Source of the DNA: Negaprion brevirostris
Lineage: Eukaryota
NCBI GenBank assembly: GCA_030324005.1
Contig: JARDVH010000084.1
Coordinates: 92,452,965-92,516,964, forward strand
Reading direction: 5' to 3'
DNA: 64,000 nt
Shown here one piece after another: positions 1-13,860 of this stretch. Positions within the stretch are counted from its first letter, which is position 1. Each line of letters begins with the position of its first letter. The position numbers and the translations under genes are program-made. The notes below the pieces were generated by a model. It had not been told where the DNA came from. It saw nothing but the letters and a program-made list of their open reading frames with translations, and searched no databases.

Positions 1-930
1 CCATAGATGAGTGGCACAGTGAAGTGCTGAGGTGACCGTCCTTAATACTGGTGCTTGTGGCCAGGAATGCAACCGATTCCAGGCAGTAGTCCATGGCGAG
101 TCTGATTGTGAGATGCAACTTGTTGATGTCATCATATAGTTGTTTCAGTGATTGTTCACCACCAGTCCAAAGGAAGAAAATGCCATCCGTATATCTAATG
201 CGTCGCATTCGTTGAAGTTCCTTAGCGGTGAAGAAGTCTTGTTCGAACCTGTGCATGAAGATGTTGGCATACTGAGCTGCAACTTTAGTCTGCATTGCTG
301 TTCCGTGTGTCTGGATGAAGAACTGATTGTTGAAGGTGAAGACATTTTGGCCCAGGATGAAGCCGATGAGTTGTAAAATTGCATTTGGAAATTGGCAGTT
401 GTCGGCGTTGCGTACTGAGGCAGTTGCAGCAAAGCCGTAGTCGTGGGAGATGCTGCTGATGAGTGCTGAGACATCCGTTATGACGAGGAGTGCTCCTCGT
501 CCAACTGCTCCGTGCGTGTTGAGTTTCTGTAGGATGCCCGTAGTGTCGTGACAAAAGCTGTGGTTTTTTGTACAATGGGTTTCAGGATGCCCTCGACGCA
601 GTCGGAGAGGTTCTCTCTCAGGGTCCCATTGCCCGATACGATGGGACGGCTGGTTGGGTTTGCCTTGTGTATCTTCAGGAGGCAGTAGAGATCCCCAACG
701 TGGGGAGGACGTGGGATGAGAAGAACCAGAGTTCTCTGAAGGTCCGGACCAAATTCTTGATCAGAGTATTGAGTTGGCGGGAGTGCTCTTTGGTCGGATC
801 TGTGGGTAAATGTCTGTAGCGTTCCCCTTGTTCAGTTGTCGTACTTTTTTTTTGCAGTAACCTGTTCTGTTCAGTATGACGATTGTCTGTTGGCTTGATG
901 ACAATGTTGCAGAAGGCACACCACATCATT
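1..930 (-). mobile_element. Penelope-like retroelement, decayed reverse transcriptase fragment (runs off the window start)
   Basis: Minus-strand translation across frameshifts gives IVIKPTD..., YRHLPTDPTKEH, YCLLKIHK...RPIVSGNGT, FILGQNVFTFNNQFFIQTHGTAMQTKVAAQYANIFMHRFEQDFF and RYTDGIFFLWTGGEQSLKQLYDDINKLHLTIRLAMDY...VAFL. These are Penelope RT motifs (G.AMG..FAP.YANIFM; RYIDD degraded to RYTDG). Confidence 0.85.
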
Positions 931-1799
931 CAGATCAAGTACCCATGTTTGCATTGAAGTTATTAAGGGAAGATCTGGGTAGCTTAAGAGTAAAACAATT
1001 TGATCAACATATTAACCATAATCATAGTGAGCGTTACAGCAGTGGCACTAAATGCTCAGCATCTGTAACCACAATTATCCAGAGGATTTGGGTAGTGGAA
1101 TTTTGTTTGTCCTTGTTTGCAATTCGCGATGGAGCCAACAAAATTAATGACGTCACTGAATTTGATGTTTTTGTCCGAAGGCCTTGGGGCCATTTTAATT
1201 GATCAAAGAACAATTGCTGAGCCTACATTTTGAGGCTACATTGCAAGTTTATGTGTCAAACTTTAGTGAACGATTAACTGGCGCTGCTTATTTCGCTCCA
1301 CGTAATTTAAAGTCGGCACAAAATGTGATGACCACTTAGTTGACAATTAAAAAAAAACAATCTCAGTTTTGATGGTGGAGATAAAATATTAGCATTATTA
1401 TCAATGATAAGTGAACAATTCAAATCAAAGTACTGCGGGCCTCATCAGACTGAAAGAAAATTGGCCAACGTGATTTATTTGATTAAAAACTCCGGATAGA
1501 AGTACACTCGTGGTTTGTCATCTTAACATGTTCTAACAATATTTTGATAGGGAAGGAAAGCAAAAAAAAAGGTATGCCAATTGTTACAACGCAGAAGCAA
1601 CACATAAATTCGGGGGATTTTAAACTTAACAACCTGACATTAGATTAGACAATTAAAAAGTAATAATAAATTGTGATAAACTACTGAGGTACCTTCTGGA
1701 GGAGAACCGGAATAACCTGAAAGTATTATTCGATCTCAAGTAGGAAGAATTAAAATACTTGCACATGAGGGTCGATGTAGAAAATAATGTTCGAATTGA

Positions 1800-3599
1800 G
1801 GAAAAAACAAATGCAATTAATCTATTCACTTTGGCACAGTTTCACCGGGAGAACGGGCCGTTTGCTCCTTTTAGGTTCCAGCAACCAAAATTTTCGATCT
1901 AACAACAAAGGGCTTGCAATTAAAATAAAAATCAGGAAATGAAAATACGAAAACAAACAGATGAGTGCAATATGAGGCAGGAAATTGATAATATTTTTAA
2001 GGATGATGATGTGGATCAGGAAATTGAGCAATGTGGAGGCATGCCAGAAAAGGTGACTGATATAAAAAATGTTGCCAAGTTGTTGAAGCAAAATGATCAT
2101 GAATTTCAGTATTGACAACGGCAGTTCGTCATATAAGAGCCGAATAATATCGAAGTGTCAGTAACCGAACATGACCTCCAGATGGAGATTGAGGAACAGA
2201 AATGTTTTATAACTGCAAGCAAAATAAAATAAAAACAAACTGAAGTAAAACGTTTTGATAAAACTGTGACTTCATCCCTAGTGCACTGTTGCAATTATAA
2301 ATGCAGACAATTTTCGCAAGCATGCACATCTGAGAAACGATTCTGCTTATAGCTGAGTAAACTATAATCGATTTTTACAATATCCAAACTGCTACAATGT
2401 TCGATAAAACCACACTTTCAAGACGTTGACAACACAGAAACGCATGTGCCATCAGTGGGAGGCGACAGCCTAGTGGTATTATCGCTGAATTAATGTTCTG
2501 GGGACGCGGGTTCAAATTCCGTCACAGCAGGAATTCAATTTCAATTGGGAGAAAAAAAAATCTGGAAGTATGGATCTACTGACGACGATGGAACTTTTGT
2601 CGATTATTGGAAAACGCCGTCTGGTTCACTAATTCACTTCGAGGAAGCAAATTCGGCAACCTTGCCTGTCCTGGCCTACGTGTGACTCAGAACCAGAGCA
2701 ATGTGGTTGACTCTCAACTGCATTCGGGGACCTGGGAATGGACCAGCCATCGATATTCATGCCCCACAAATGAATTACAAAAAATGCATTTGCGAACGAT
2801 CATGCATAAAATTATTAGTGAAGAATAATCCAGTGAATTAACATACTTCTTTAGGCAGGACGATACATAATAGGAGCATTCGCAAATCGATTCCGCGTAC
2901 CATTTCGAAGCGGAAGGCGAGGTTTGACTACTTTACAGAGGAATTAAGTCCAATTAAAGGAACAGCTACAGAGGAACATCGATGCGTCTGATTGGCCCGG
3001 AATATGCAAAGAAAACGTGCAAATTGAGAGCTTCAATTTGTCTGTGAACATCTCGACTTTCTGAAAATAATTAACTTTTTCTGACTTTTCAAATCGAATA
3101 ATCAAAATAACTGTTTGTACTCAGCAGAGGAAATGAAAGAGCAAACTCAAAGTCGATTGTGTCAATTTGTACTCGATTTACAACTTTTCAATTCGGAATT
3201 TGTCCAGCTCTCTGAACATATCATCAAGACAAATTTGTAATAATGACAAGGAATTGGGGATTCGACTTGGAATCAACACAGGACTGAAAGCAGATGGAGT
3301 GCTGTGATCCTGTGACAAGGCGGGAGGAGCAGCAGAACAACAGCAGCATTATGAGAGAAAAAAAAAACTACAGGAAATCAGGTGCGTTATTCCAACTTTG
3401 ATGAAAGACGGATGAATGTTGAATGTGGGAAGGTGGGAAGAGAAATAACGACTCGGACTATAATACTTTTACATTTGCAAACTGAGTTGTTACAACATGT
3501 GACAATGTATATCATATAGAGTAATAAAATATTGAAAACATGAAGTTTTGAAAACGGTAAGTTTTCTGTTCATTTTGCTGGCCCCTTGATTAAGGGGGA
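1800..3599 (+). mobile_element. Possible highly decayed internal region of a Gypsy-type LTR retrotransposon
   Basis: Only faint remnants: an SF.PGER..(AL)L.VP.NP-like stretch at ~1838-1888 resembling the integrase C-terminal GPY/F region, and an IDASD RNase H-like motif at ~2978-2992. The region ends in the polypurine tract AAGGGGGA (3592-3599) directly before a TG-starting LTR. Confidence 0.35.
2455..2785 (+). mobile_element. tRNA-derived SINE, SacSINE1/DeuSINE-like
   Basis: A-box-like CAGCCTAGTGG and B-box GGTTCAAATTCC, central domain CTGGTTCACTAAT...GGCCTACGTGTGACTC...AGCAATGTGGTTGACTCT, and tail AATGAATT..AAAAAA. A second copy lies on the minus strand at 16830-17178. Confidence 0.8.
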
Positions 3600-4274
3600 T
3601 GTCATGGACGTACTTAACCTTAAATATACTTGTATCATGTTTCATGTAAGAGACAACATTTTGTTGCCGGGGATTGATTTGCATAAGAAATAATGCATCT
3701 CCTCCTGAGGCCGATATTAAATAATTTCTGCGAATTGTGTGTTTATCTAAACAGTTAATGCGTTTGTGTTTCCTTGTTTTGCTGCCCCGGGGTTTCATAG
3801 CAGAGTTTTGATTCGTTTGATTGACAGAGACACGTAATATCTGTCATTGGAGGATCTAATCTTGCAGGGTAAATCACAATTCATGTTTATTTTCTTTAAA
3901 AAAGAAACAAGCATTTCCTGCTTGATATTCATGAACCGAGATATGCCGTAATTATTCCCTTTCACTGCGAAGGTTGCCTTGGAGCTGCCGAACTGACTAC
4001 CTAAGTACAAAGACGTCAGGCTGCATTTTGTAGAGTCGGTTACCTCTCTAGGAGGAAGATTGCATGCAGTGGGACTCATAGAGACAGGTTCGCGATAAAA
4101 ATTGTGTCTTGTATTGTTTCAGTATTGTTCACTTGTTACATGTCACACTTCAGCTGTGTTCTTGAATAAAGCCTGTTTCGATAAAAGTGTTCCAGTATAT
4201 CACTTGAGCCGTGCCTGGAGTGAAATTTAACCTATCAAATTAATACCAAAATAATCCAGTTTGCTATCATAATT
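3600..4274 (+). mobile_element. 3' LTR of a Gypsy-type element
   Basis: Starts TGTCATG immediately after the PPT AAGGGGGA. AATAAA at ~4165-4170. Ends ATCATAA.., a degenerate inverted terminus (CATAACA expected). Confidence 0.5.
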
Positions 4275-6819
4275 TACCGTGCGTTTTCTACAGGGTTCAC
4301 TTCAACGTTTCACAAATGTTGGCTTGGCCGCACATTCCGAACCGGTGGAATCCGCATTTCAAATACACAAGGAAATTCAATTGCAAGTCCCCCAAGAAGT
4401 CATTTAACATCGGACGCGTGGAAGTTTATTGGCAACGATTTGGAGTTCTTGACTGAATGTTCATGAACTCTCTTATGAACATCATGTTCCTATTCTTTGA
4501 ACGTGTATACTTCAATCCAACATGTCATCTCTGAGGCAGCAAAGCTCATCGTCTGTGTCAGACAAACAAAATAGTAGTAATCTGTTTGATTTTCTGGAAT
4601 TTGTTAATTACACTATGTTTCCTGAGCAAACTAATATTGTAAAAAAAAATCATCAATGCAGGTTTCTGATAATTTTGTGTCGCTTCTAGTTGAGTACAAA
4701 TATTTCACCAAAGTTGCCGTAATTTATTGCAAAAAAGAGTATAAAAAACGATATTATAAAGAATAAAATTCTCCTTCAACCAGAGTATATTAATTTGCAT
4801 TTCGCTCAATGAAGCAAATTAGTTTTGTTTTCATTTCACATGGCTAATGAAAGTAATTATCAGATTGCATTTGCAAATGTGACACTTGATAATACAATAT
4901 AATATTTAATTTCATTACTTTTACGTAGTCCCATTGGCCAAATGCCTGCTCCATCGCAATTGTACTGAGGACATCAGTTTACTTTCTCATACTGAAAACC
5001 GCATTTAAAAAAAAAATTGAAACAAAAAAAAACCTGCAAGCTAACTCAAGAAATGAACGAAACCATCCCATGTACAATAGTAGCGGGTTGATACGGCATT
5101 TTAACATTCAGGAAAACAACCATCTTAAACACAATAAACAATCACTTGGGGAAAACGAAACACATATCAACTTATACAATGGCAGCAAATTGGCATATTC
5201 AAATCACCCCTCATCCTTTCGTTTTACCTTGGAGCTCCTGCATCTTTTTAACTGATGGAAGGGAACAACATATGCTTTGTATCAATGGATTGGAGAAGGC
5301 CCGTGGCGCAGAAAAGATATAATTCGATCTGGATGTCATTATAGCCTTACAAATTAATGCCGGATGCATCTTACATTTATAATTGCGCAGTTGTATCTTC
5401 CTATATGCATATTTTTAACAAGGCAGTACGTCCAAATTCAATATTCGATTGTGCCATTCAATGATTTTTTTTTTTCCCGAGCCTGTTATTCCTTATTACC
5501 AACGTGATGAACGATCTTGAAGTTTGACCACATTTCCGATTCGTCGTGTTTCCCACGCTGCTTTAAAATACACTTCGGCATAATCACATAAGATGGATGT
5601 TGGTTGTAGATAGCGTAAATATTACTGGAAAAAAATGCCTAACCGTTGCATTTTGCACACACCAGGGAAATCGGAAGAATATCAATGTCGGGGAAACAAC
5701 AGTTTCATATTTTATGTAACGTGCGTGCTAATGGATTAACGACTAGAATCTGCATAGTTGAAGTATTTCCATTAAGACATACCAAGCGCTTGAGTCTGTT
5801 GTCAGCTAACAGGTATCCTTCCAATGTTTCAGTCTGGCATATGTCTTCCAACTGGACAACTTACTCCCCTATATTTCCAGATGTTCTCATTTTTAAACTT
5901 AACGCATAAAATAGGCATGTTTTTGGTTTGACGCTTTCAATCTTTTGATTTTCTTCATAGAATTTATATTCAGCCACACTTCCAGTTCGGGAAAAGTGTC
6001 CTTGAAGATAACATCGCTTTGAAAAATTCCCCAATAGGAACAACTGTTCGGTCAGAATATTGTGCTGGACATTACCAAATTATATTTCAGTGTACTCATT
6101 GTTCAAATGTGCGTAGTAGTTGTTTGGTTAATTGTTTGAGAAAACAAATCCCTCGTAATTTTTTAATTGCGAAAGATGAGTCATGTCTTTGGATTTCAGA
6201 GCCATGACTTGCTTCTCTTAGTTCTAGTGAGATGTTATGCACATTTCCAGTGCCTAGGGCCAGCTTCCACGTGTGTTCCTCTACAACTAATGGAAACCCG
6301 AGTTTCAGAACTGGAAATGTAGCAGTCGAAAGTGTGGAACATATGCGAGTGTGACACCATTGCAAATAACACTGTTAGAACAGTGGTCACGCCGCAGCTA
6401 GGGGAATAGGAGGAAGAAGATATTGGTGACCACCGGACAGTCCAAGAAAAATAAACAGTTAGCTCAGGGGTCACGTCTGGTCTCTCTCAGTCATCCGTAT
6501 TTCTGATTGGAGGCTGCTGGGATATTGGTCCTTCAAGGGAGTGCAGACACTCTGGAGGACATCACTTGGATCCTGCCTGTACACGAGAGGAAAAAAAAGG
6601 AAAGGCAATGGGGAAAGGGGATCCTATTATCAGGGGAACATATCGGTATTATTGTAAAATCTACGTGACTCCTGGATGGTGTCTTGTCTCCCTGGTCCGA
6701 CTAACACTAAACGACTGCAGATTTTCCTTTGTGGGACATTTTCTGACAGCGGTTAAATAGAATTCACGATAACTCAGCATGGGTGAGGATGTAGGCAGTT
6801 GTCAGACTAAGGATTACAG

Positions 6820-7617
6820 GGTCACAGATGTTTACAACATGGAATCAGGCCCTTTTGTCCANNNNNNNNNNNNNNNNNNNNNNNNNNNNNNNNNNNNNNN
6901 NNNNNNNNNNNNNNNNNNNNNNNNNNNNNNNNNNNNNNNNNNNNNNNNNNNNNNNNNNNNNNNNNNNNNNNNNNNNNNNNNNNNNNNNNNNNNNNNNNNN
7001 NNNNNNNNNNNNNNNNNNNNNNNNNNNNNNNNNNNNNNNNNNNNNNNNNNNNNNNNNNNNNNNNNNNNNNNNNNNNNNNNNNNNNNNNNNNNNNNNNNNN
7101 NNNNNNNNNNNNNNNNNNNNNNNNNNNNNNNNNNNNNNNNNNNNNNNNNNNNNNNNNNNNNNNNNNNNNNNNNNNNNNNNNNNNNNNNNNNNNNNNNNNN
7201 NNNNNNNNNNNNNNNNNNNNNNNNNNNNNNNNNNNNNNNNNNNNNNNNNNNNNNNNNNNNNNNNNNNNNNNNNNNNNNNNNNNNNNNNNNNNNNNNNNNN
7301 NNNNNNNNNNNNNNNNNNNNNNNNNNNNNNNNNNNNNNNNNNNNNNNNNNNNNNNNNNNNNNNNNNNNNNNNNNNNNNNNNNNNNNNNNNNNNNNNNNNN
7401 NNNNTAGACACACATATTTTTGCGAAAATATTTTGACAACCGAGATGACTTGTGCCCCTCATTGTTTTATAGACCTCTGTAAGATCACCCCTCAACCTTC
7501 TAGGCTCCAAAGAAGTAAGTCCTAAGCTATTCAGCCTCTATTTATAACTCAAAACATCAAGTACCGGAAGCATCCTACTAAATCTTTTTCTGCACCCTTT
7601 CTAGTTTAATAATATCC
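6820..7617 (-). mobile_element. CR1 LINE 3' fragment nested in the older CR1 (spans the N gap 6862-7404)
   Basis: Minus-strand LEPRRLRGDLTEVYKTMRG is the CR1 ORF2 C-terminal motif. A 3'-UTR-like AGGCCCTT..GTCCA lies left of the gap. Confidence 0.8.
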
Positions 7618-8129
7618 AAACAAAAAAAAACTCAGAGCGAATGCAGGGGAGTACGCCCGGAGAATTGTTCCTAACATGGAAGTGTTAAGGATGATGATTG
7701 ACACTGGAATTGAAATATAGAAATCATCATAGAGACGTGTTTGAGGGATGGCAAGGATGACAAATCAGTATTTCTAGATATGGAATTTTCAGGAGAGATG
7801 GAAGAATGAATAAAAAAGGAGGAGGCATTGCATTGACAGTCATGCTGTCTGTGGCTACAGTATGGAAATGTGGTATCCTGGAGGATGCATCAAATGCATC
7901 TTAGTGGACAGAGCTTACTCAGGAATCTGGGAAAGCTACATCGATAGTTATTTTTTAATTTTTTTTTGGACGACTGGATGGTCAGTGGGACATTGAAGAG
8001 CAACTATGTGCGCATTTCGTTGAATCACAGAATTCCGGCGGTGCTGAAGATGCCATTCGCTGCGCTGTCTCCCTGACAGATAATCAAATACAATCCCTTT
8101 TTTCATGTCCTATCGTGGTAACCCCAAAC

Positions 8130-8270
8130 ATTTGTCATGGGAAATCCATCTAGGTTACACATGTTAGGACACTCATGGGCAAATCAGCATGTCCAATCCA
8201 TCCATCTAATATTTAGACTGTGGGATGAAACAGGAGCACCTGGAGGATGCCCATGCTACCCAGAATTCAA
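8130..8270 (-). mobile_element. HE1-like V-SINE fragment
   Basis: GGACACT..GGGCAAAT.AGCATG.CCAATCCA...TTTAGACTGTGGGATGAAACAGGAGCACCTGGAGGA is the reverse complement of the V-SINE central domain also seen at 33836 and 56920. Confidence 0.7.
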
Positions 8271-9353
8271 TCAGATCCCATAAGGAAAAAAAATGCAATT
8301 GTGCCTGCCCATAAGTAGTGAAGATTTTTAAAAATAATAGAAATAGTGTAATGAAAGTAGGCACTTTCACTTTCCTGGCACTATCTGGGATAGGCATAGA
8401 ATCAATATCTTAGATATTGTGGATTTCTTGAAATGTTAACCTGCCAACGTTTTAGGTCTACATGTAGAGTGTCCAACAAGGAAGGAAAGGTGCTGACCCA
8501 AATTCTGGCGAAAGAAGAGGCTGGGTGCAGAGGTCGTGATAGAGGAGTATTTTTTATGATATTTATCGCTTCATGGTAAATTTACATCTTGTTATGGATA
8601 AAGACACATTAAAGGTAGAAAAGAAAAGTTGGATTTGAGCAAAACAATTTTGGATGTGTCCAAGGTAGACTGAATAGAGATAAGTATGGGGGAAATCCAC
8701 AGAGGACTAGTGTTGTTGGCTGTGTTTAAATGAAGAAATGGATATTGCACATCATGGCCTGGGGTGATAGGGTGAAATAACACATCTAGAACTCCAAGGG
8801 TGTGTTGAGATAATCAAAGTATGGTGCAAAATGAACAGAAATGCTGTTGGCAGATGAAGGAGGAGGACATCTGTGGAAGCATTAGTGCAGAACAGAAAGT
8901 GTCAGTTGCTGCTTACAACATAAATTAGGTAAGCTGAGAGGGAAAATGGGAAGGCTCTATTTACCAAAAATAGCGAAGGTCTCAATATATTCTGTAAGTA
9001 TATCAATGGGAAGAGAATATCCAAGGAAAGACTCAGGCCGATTGACAAAGAAAGAGACAATGGGATGGTGTAGCCAAAGATCTTGCTTAAGTTTTGAGTG
9101 AATACTTCACAAATTTCTCCACCCAACAGGATGAGGATGACTGTATGACATTTAGAGTCAGCTCAAGATTGCTGATCAAACTGAAATAAGGGACGAAAAT
9201 GTATGAGGTGTTGGAGAGCTTACATTTGGACAAATCTCCAGTTTCAGATTAATAGTGTTCAAGGATGCAATGGGAGGCAAGTGAGGAATTACAAGGACTC
9301 TTACTTTTTACTTCTAATTCCACGCTGGCCACAGTAAGATGCTGGAGCATTCA

Positions 9354-9430
9354 AGAACAAACATAGAACATAGAACATAGAACATTACAGCGCAGAACAG
9401 GCCCTTCGGCCCACGATGTTGCGCCGACCA
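9354..9430 (-). mobile_element. Young CR1 3' end with (TGTTCTA)n tail; body probably in the N gap 9431-10204
   Basis: (ACATAGA)3 tail followed by CAGGCCCTTCGGCCCACGATG. It is the exact reverse complement of 34696-34762 over ~67 bp. Confidence 0.85.
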
Positions 9431-10209
9431 NNNNNNNNNNNNNNNNNNNNNNNNNNNNNNNNNNNNNNNNNNNNNNNNNNNNNNNNNNNNNNNNNNNNNN
9501 NNNNNNNNNNNNNNNNNNNNNNNNNNNNNNNNNNNNNNNNNNNNNNNNNNNNNNNNNNNNNNNNNNNNNNNNNNNNNNNNNNNNNNNNNNNNNNNNNNNN
9601 NNNNNNNNNNNNNNNNNNNNNNNNNNNNNNNNNNNNNNNNNNNNNNNNNNNNNNNNNNNNNNNNNNNNNNNNNNNNNNNNNNNNNNNNNNNNNNNNNNNN
9701 NNNNNNNNNNNNNNNNNNNNNNNNNNNNNNNNNNNNNNNNNNNNNNNNNNNNNNNNNNNNNNNNNNNNNNNNNNNNNNNNNNNNNNNNNNNNNNNNNNNN
9801 NNNNNNNNNNNNNNNNNNNNNNNNNNNNNNNNNNNNNNNNNNNNNNNNNNNNNNNNNNNNNNNNNNNNNNNNNNNNNNNNNNNNNNNNNNNNNNNNNNNN
9901 NNNNNNNNNNNNNNNNNNNNNNNNNNNNNNNNNNNNNNNNNNNNNNNNNNNNNNNNNNNNNNNNNNNNNNNNNNNNNNNNNNNNNNNNNNNNNNNNNNNN
10001 NNNNNNNNNNNNNNNNNNNNNNNNNNNNNNNNNNNNNNNNNNNNNNNNNNNNNNNNNNNNNNNNNNNNNNNNNNNNNNNNNNNNNNNNNNNNNNNNNNNN
10101 NNNNNNNNNNNNNNNNNNNNNNNNNNNNNNNNNNNNNNNNNNNNNNNNNNNNNNNNNNNNNNNNNNNNNNNNNNNNNNNNNNNNNNNNNNNNNNNNNNNN
10201 NNNNTTTTT

Positions 10210-10778
10210 AAGAAGCAACAACAAGAATATTGTGTGCATTTCTGTTCGCCATCTGACGATTGTAATGTAATTGTACTAGAGCGGGAGTAAAGTGGATTCA
10301 CCAGATAATGTCTGGGATTAATGCTTAACTTATGAAAAGTAGCTGGATCCGGTTTGCATTATTTTCGTTTGATCGGAGAAGACAGAGGACCGCCTGATCG
10401 AAGTGAACAGAATTGTGGGGGGCACGGATAGAATGGAGAAGCAAAAACAGTTCGCTTTATTTGGAAAATTAACCACAAGAGGACATAAAGTCAATTTGAA
10501 TTGCGGGAAGTTCCGCACTTTGAGAGGGAAACCTTGTTTTGTTCCAAGAATGTTGTTGATGGTCTGGTGTACATTACCTGAGAGGCTGTTAGAGGCGATT
10601 TGTATCACATCTTTTAAGAGGGTCCTTGGCGAGCAAATGGCACGTCAGTGTATTCAAGGCTAACGCTCGCTAGTTGGTATATGGGATTCCGTGGGCTGTC
10701 GGGTGTTTCTCGCATGTCGCTGTAGAAAGGATATGACAAAAGGCCTCTTCAACTCTGAGTGATTCTACGATTCTATCA
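10210..10778 (+). mobile_element. CR1 LINE 3' portion, probably the continuation of the 6170-9350 element
   Basis: R.RGDLIEV-like GGAGAAGACAGAGGACCGCCTGATCGAAGTG, TTRGHK, VW..LPE. The 3' end reads AAAGGCCTCTT...GATTCTACGATTCTAT. Confidence 0.75.
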
Positions 10779-12699
10779 ATTCGTAATTGCTTTTGGAATT
10801 TCCAACTACTCTGATGCAAATGTATTCGCTCTAGCACTGTGAAGACACATGATAAAATTTATTTTTCCTGCATATAATTGCATTCATTTCATGCGAGACA
10901 ACTTAATCTAATGACTTTTTTGAAATAAAGAACAGAATCAATGAATGATTTGATCAAAGGGTTATATTAACGTTTACTTTACCAAGTTGTAGCCTTAGTG
11001 CTGCGTTCTCTAAAATCAGGAAAACGAGGGCAAATAACACAATCACGTTCAATACAAAACGACTTGAATCATAAAAAATAGCATTTTTACAATTATGGAT
11101 GTCAACATGTACTTAACGTTGAAACTGCACTTGTCTATATACGAATATACCTTACCTTTTTTAAGTGCATCGACTGAAAAAAAAAGAAGTCAACGACAAA
11201 ATATGTCATTGTTTGATCCCAAATAATGATAATCAAGATGTATCTTTTCACAGCATGTATTTGGTCTTTAACAGAAAATACTTACAAACAGGTTAATGCA
11301 TGGCGATTCACAATATGCAATGTTGCAATTATATTCGATATCTGCTCAGGGTCAGTAAGTTCGATGGAACCTGGCGCCGGAAATGGTTCATCCAGAAAAA
11401 TGATATTCAATAACGAACAAGCATAAAGCTTCCTAGCAACAATGCAATGTTGGGACAAGAAACAGATTTATGAATTACATTGAGTAGATCAGTATGAACT
11501 CATGACTGAAAATGATTTCAGTTTTAGACATTGATTTAGAGTATAGGCAACAACAAATTATCGGTGAGATTAATTACTGTACGAGAAAGAATGCCAACTT
11601 GCAGTTGTGCAACTAGAGTTGAATACATTTCCAGCAGAGTTTCTGAAACATATATTTCGATTCTATGGTGAACTAGATGCAGTTTGAGGGCGAAGTATTG
11701 CATTATGTGAAAAGTCAGAATGAAAGAGAGATCAATGCAAAGCTGAGCCCGCAAGTTAACATCAACTGGTAAGTTTGTTTCGCTATACGCGTTGCTTGGT
11801 GTAGCTTATTCGGAAGAATAACATATCGTTACAATAACTTCTCTTCCCAATATTATTGCAAATGTCACTTCGACTCTTATGTCAGTGACAAGTAGGACAC
11901 GACATATGCAAGGAACATTGCATGGCTTATGTTAAGACACATTTATTTAATATCCACAGAAGTAGCTCTTAATTTTTATGAGTTCTTGATGACTTATACT
12001 ATGGCACGTTTAATTTAGGGTAATGCAATGTTAAATAGCATTAAATTAGGAGCGTGATGCATAGTTAAATCTAGTTTATATTGTACAATTAGCAAGTAAG
12101 TTTGTTGCGGAACTAGAATGCAGTTACTTGAATAGAGCAAAGCCCCAGTTGAATTTATGACATCATTGCTGCATTAAAGTGGCATTTTAACATGTTGAAT
12201 AAACGCTGCTAGAGCTCTGTGACAATATATTTTTCTGTAAATCGTTTATACCTTTCGTGGGCCTGAGACTACCGGAAAGGACAAAAAAAAGTATTCTGAC
12301 AACATGTTCTCAAGTTGTATTTTTCACTTTCGCTCAGAATCATTGTATTATACGTACGAAGTAAGAGTCACTAGAAGTGACTGTTTACAATGTATGTTGC
12401 ATTATTTGGAGGACATTTTTTTTCACTGACAATTGGTTTTAGTGAGGAGCTGAAGGAAAGCAACATTGGGAGAGAAACTGATTTGGGGAAATTAATGGTA
12501 CTAAAGGCAGAAAAGCTTGCAAATCCTGATAACTTAATGAAATGATGAGCGAAATAACACAGCCGTTGGTGGTAACTTTCCATAGATTTTTGGACTATGA
12601 ACTGGTTCATACCGTTTAAAGGGTTGCTAGTTACAGCGCGCTATTCAAAAGAAAAGGAAGGTTGAGAGAAAGCAGTGAACCTGCACTCCACTTTTAACA

Positions 12700-13860
12700 C
12701 CAAATCCGATATCTGATTTTCCATCCTCTCCTTTCGGATTTATTTGTTTGAATGGCGTATATTCATAATTGATTTTGATGTTCTTTGCTAGACTCTACTA
12801 AGCTGTCGCAAATTATTTGAATTACTTCAGATGTCTGCTTTCACATCTTAAATCATGTTACCGCAACTGTGCCTTTAACTCAGAACAATTCGCTTATGAT
12901 TCCACTTGTTTTGTTTTTTTTTCCCCTGATAGTTATGTTGGTTCTTCTTGCCTCAACTTCAAACATTTTCAGACATCTTTGCGTCTGAGTTCAATAACTA
13001 TCTGGAATGTATCCAGTTCGCTGGAAAGGCAGACTATTTGTGACTCCATTGCCCTGTACATGTTATTTTTTCTATGACAGAGCTGAGTGAAGTTCACCCT
13101 AGTGTCGTGAAGCTAAGTGCACTATATCCACCTAAAATTAAAAAGTTGAAACTTCCTGCCTTAACGCCTACAGTTCACAAACAATCACCATCACTTTTAT
13201 TTACTCTTTATGCCAGAACATTCTATGAGGAAAAAACAAGCCAAAGCTCGAATTGAAATCAACCCGCAAACATCCAAAAACTTTTGCACTGTACAATTGA
13301 AAAGATTTTCCCTTTCAGACACAGTAATGATGAATGTAACCCATTTAATGTTATGCATTCTATCTGATGTTTATCGGTCCAACATTAAATCCATCAAAAC
13401 GACTAATGTTTGGCGAATGCTCTTGATAACCCCCTTATTTGGTTTTCAAACGTATTTTTACCTTGTTGCCCAGACTTGAATCCTTGAAATGGATTATACT
13501 TCCTTCTAGTAAGTGGACTCCCTTAAAAATAATACTGTCTTTGCCACTCTAATATTTAACTCTTCGATCGGGCCCTTCGCTGGTACAGCATAGAAGCGCA
13601 AGGTAAGTCTCAACGTATATGTTGACATGCTCAATCTTGAAATTACAACATTTCTCAGTTATTTTACTCTTATTTTCTATAATTCTTCAAGGCAGCAAAG
13701 CCATAATGCATAGCTTCATTTCTTATAGACCATGTATCCAGGGCATTTTTTTATAATTACCGTTTTTAATGCTAGTTATCAATCATTCGGAAGATGTAGG
13801 CCCATAATTTCGCTAATATTCCAATTGTGAATACAGGCAATAGCAATCAGTGAAGTGCAT
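12700..13860 (-). mobile_element. Very decayed minus-strand CR1 remnants
   Basis: Scattered CR1-antisense-like stretches (e.g. GCAGCAAAGCCATAATGCATAGCTTC at ~13692). Too diverged to delimit precisely. Confidence 0.35.

Larger units (their letters stand above)
6170..9350 (+). mobile_element. Decayed CR1 LINE (ORF1 remnant plus ORF2 endonuclease and linker), interrupted by younger insertions
   Basis: ORF1 SGNH-esterase-like GDPIIRGTYRYYC at ~6617-6655 (cf. GDSIVRGTDRRFC). Endonuclease GGGIAL at ~7818. KSP(G)PD-like at ~9231. Multiple stops and frameshifts. Confidence 0.7.

Noticed and set aside
6617-6670. GTYRYYC resembling an Ig V-domain YYC motif
   Set aside because: The context (GDPIIRGT...) is the CR1 ORF1 esterase remnant, and no other Ig framework residues are present.
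11678-11775. Short ORF MQFEGEVLHYVKSQNERE ending at a GTAAGT donor
   Set aside because: It matches the CR1 RT motif (W.MQFN..KCEVLHFG.SN), so it is a repeat remnant.
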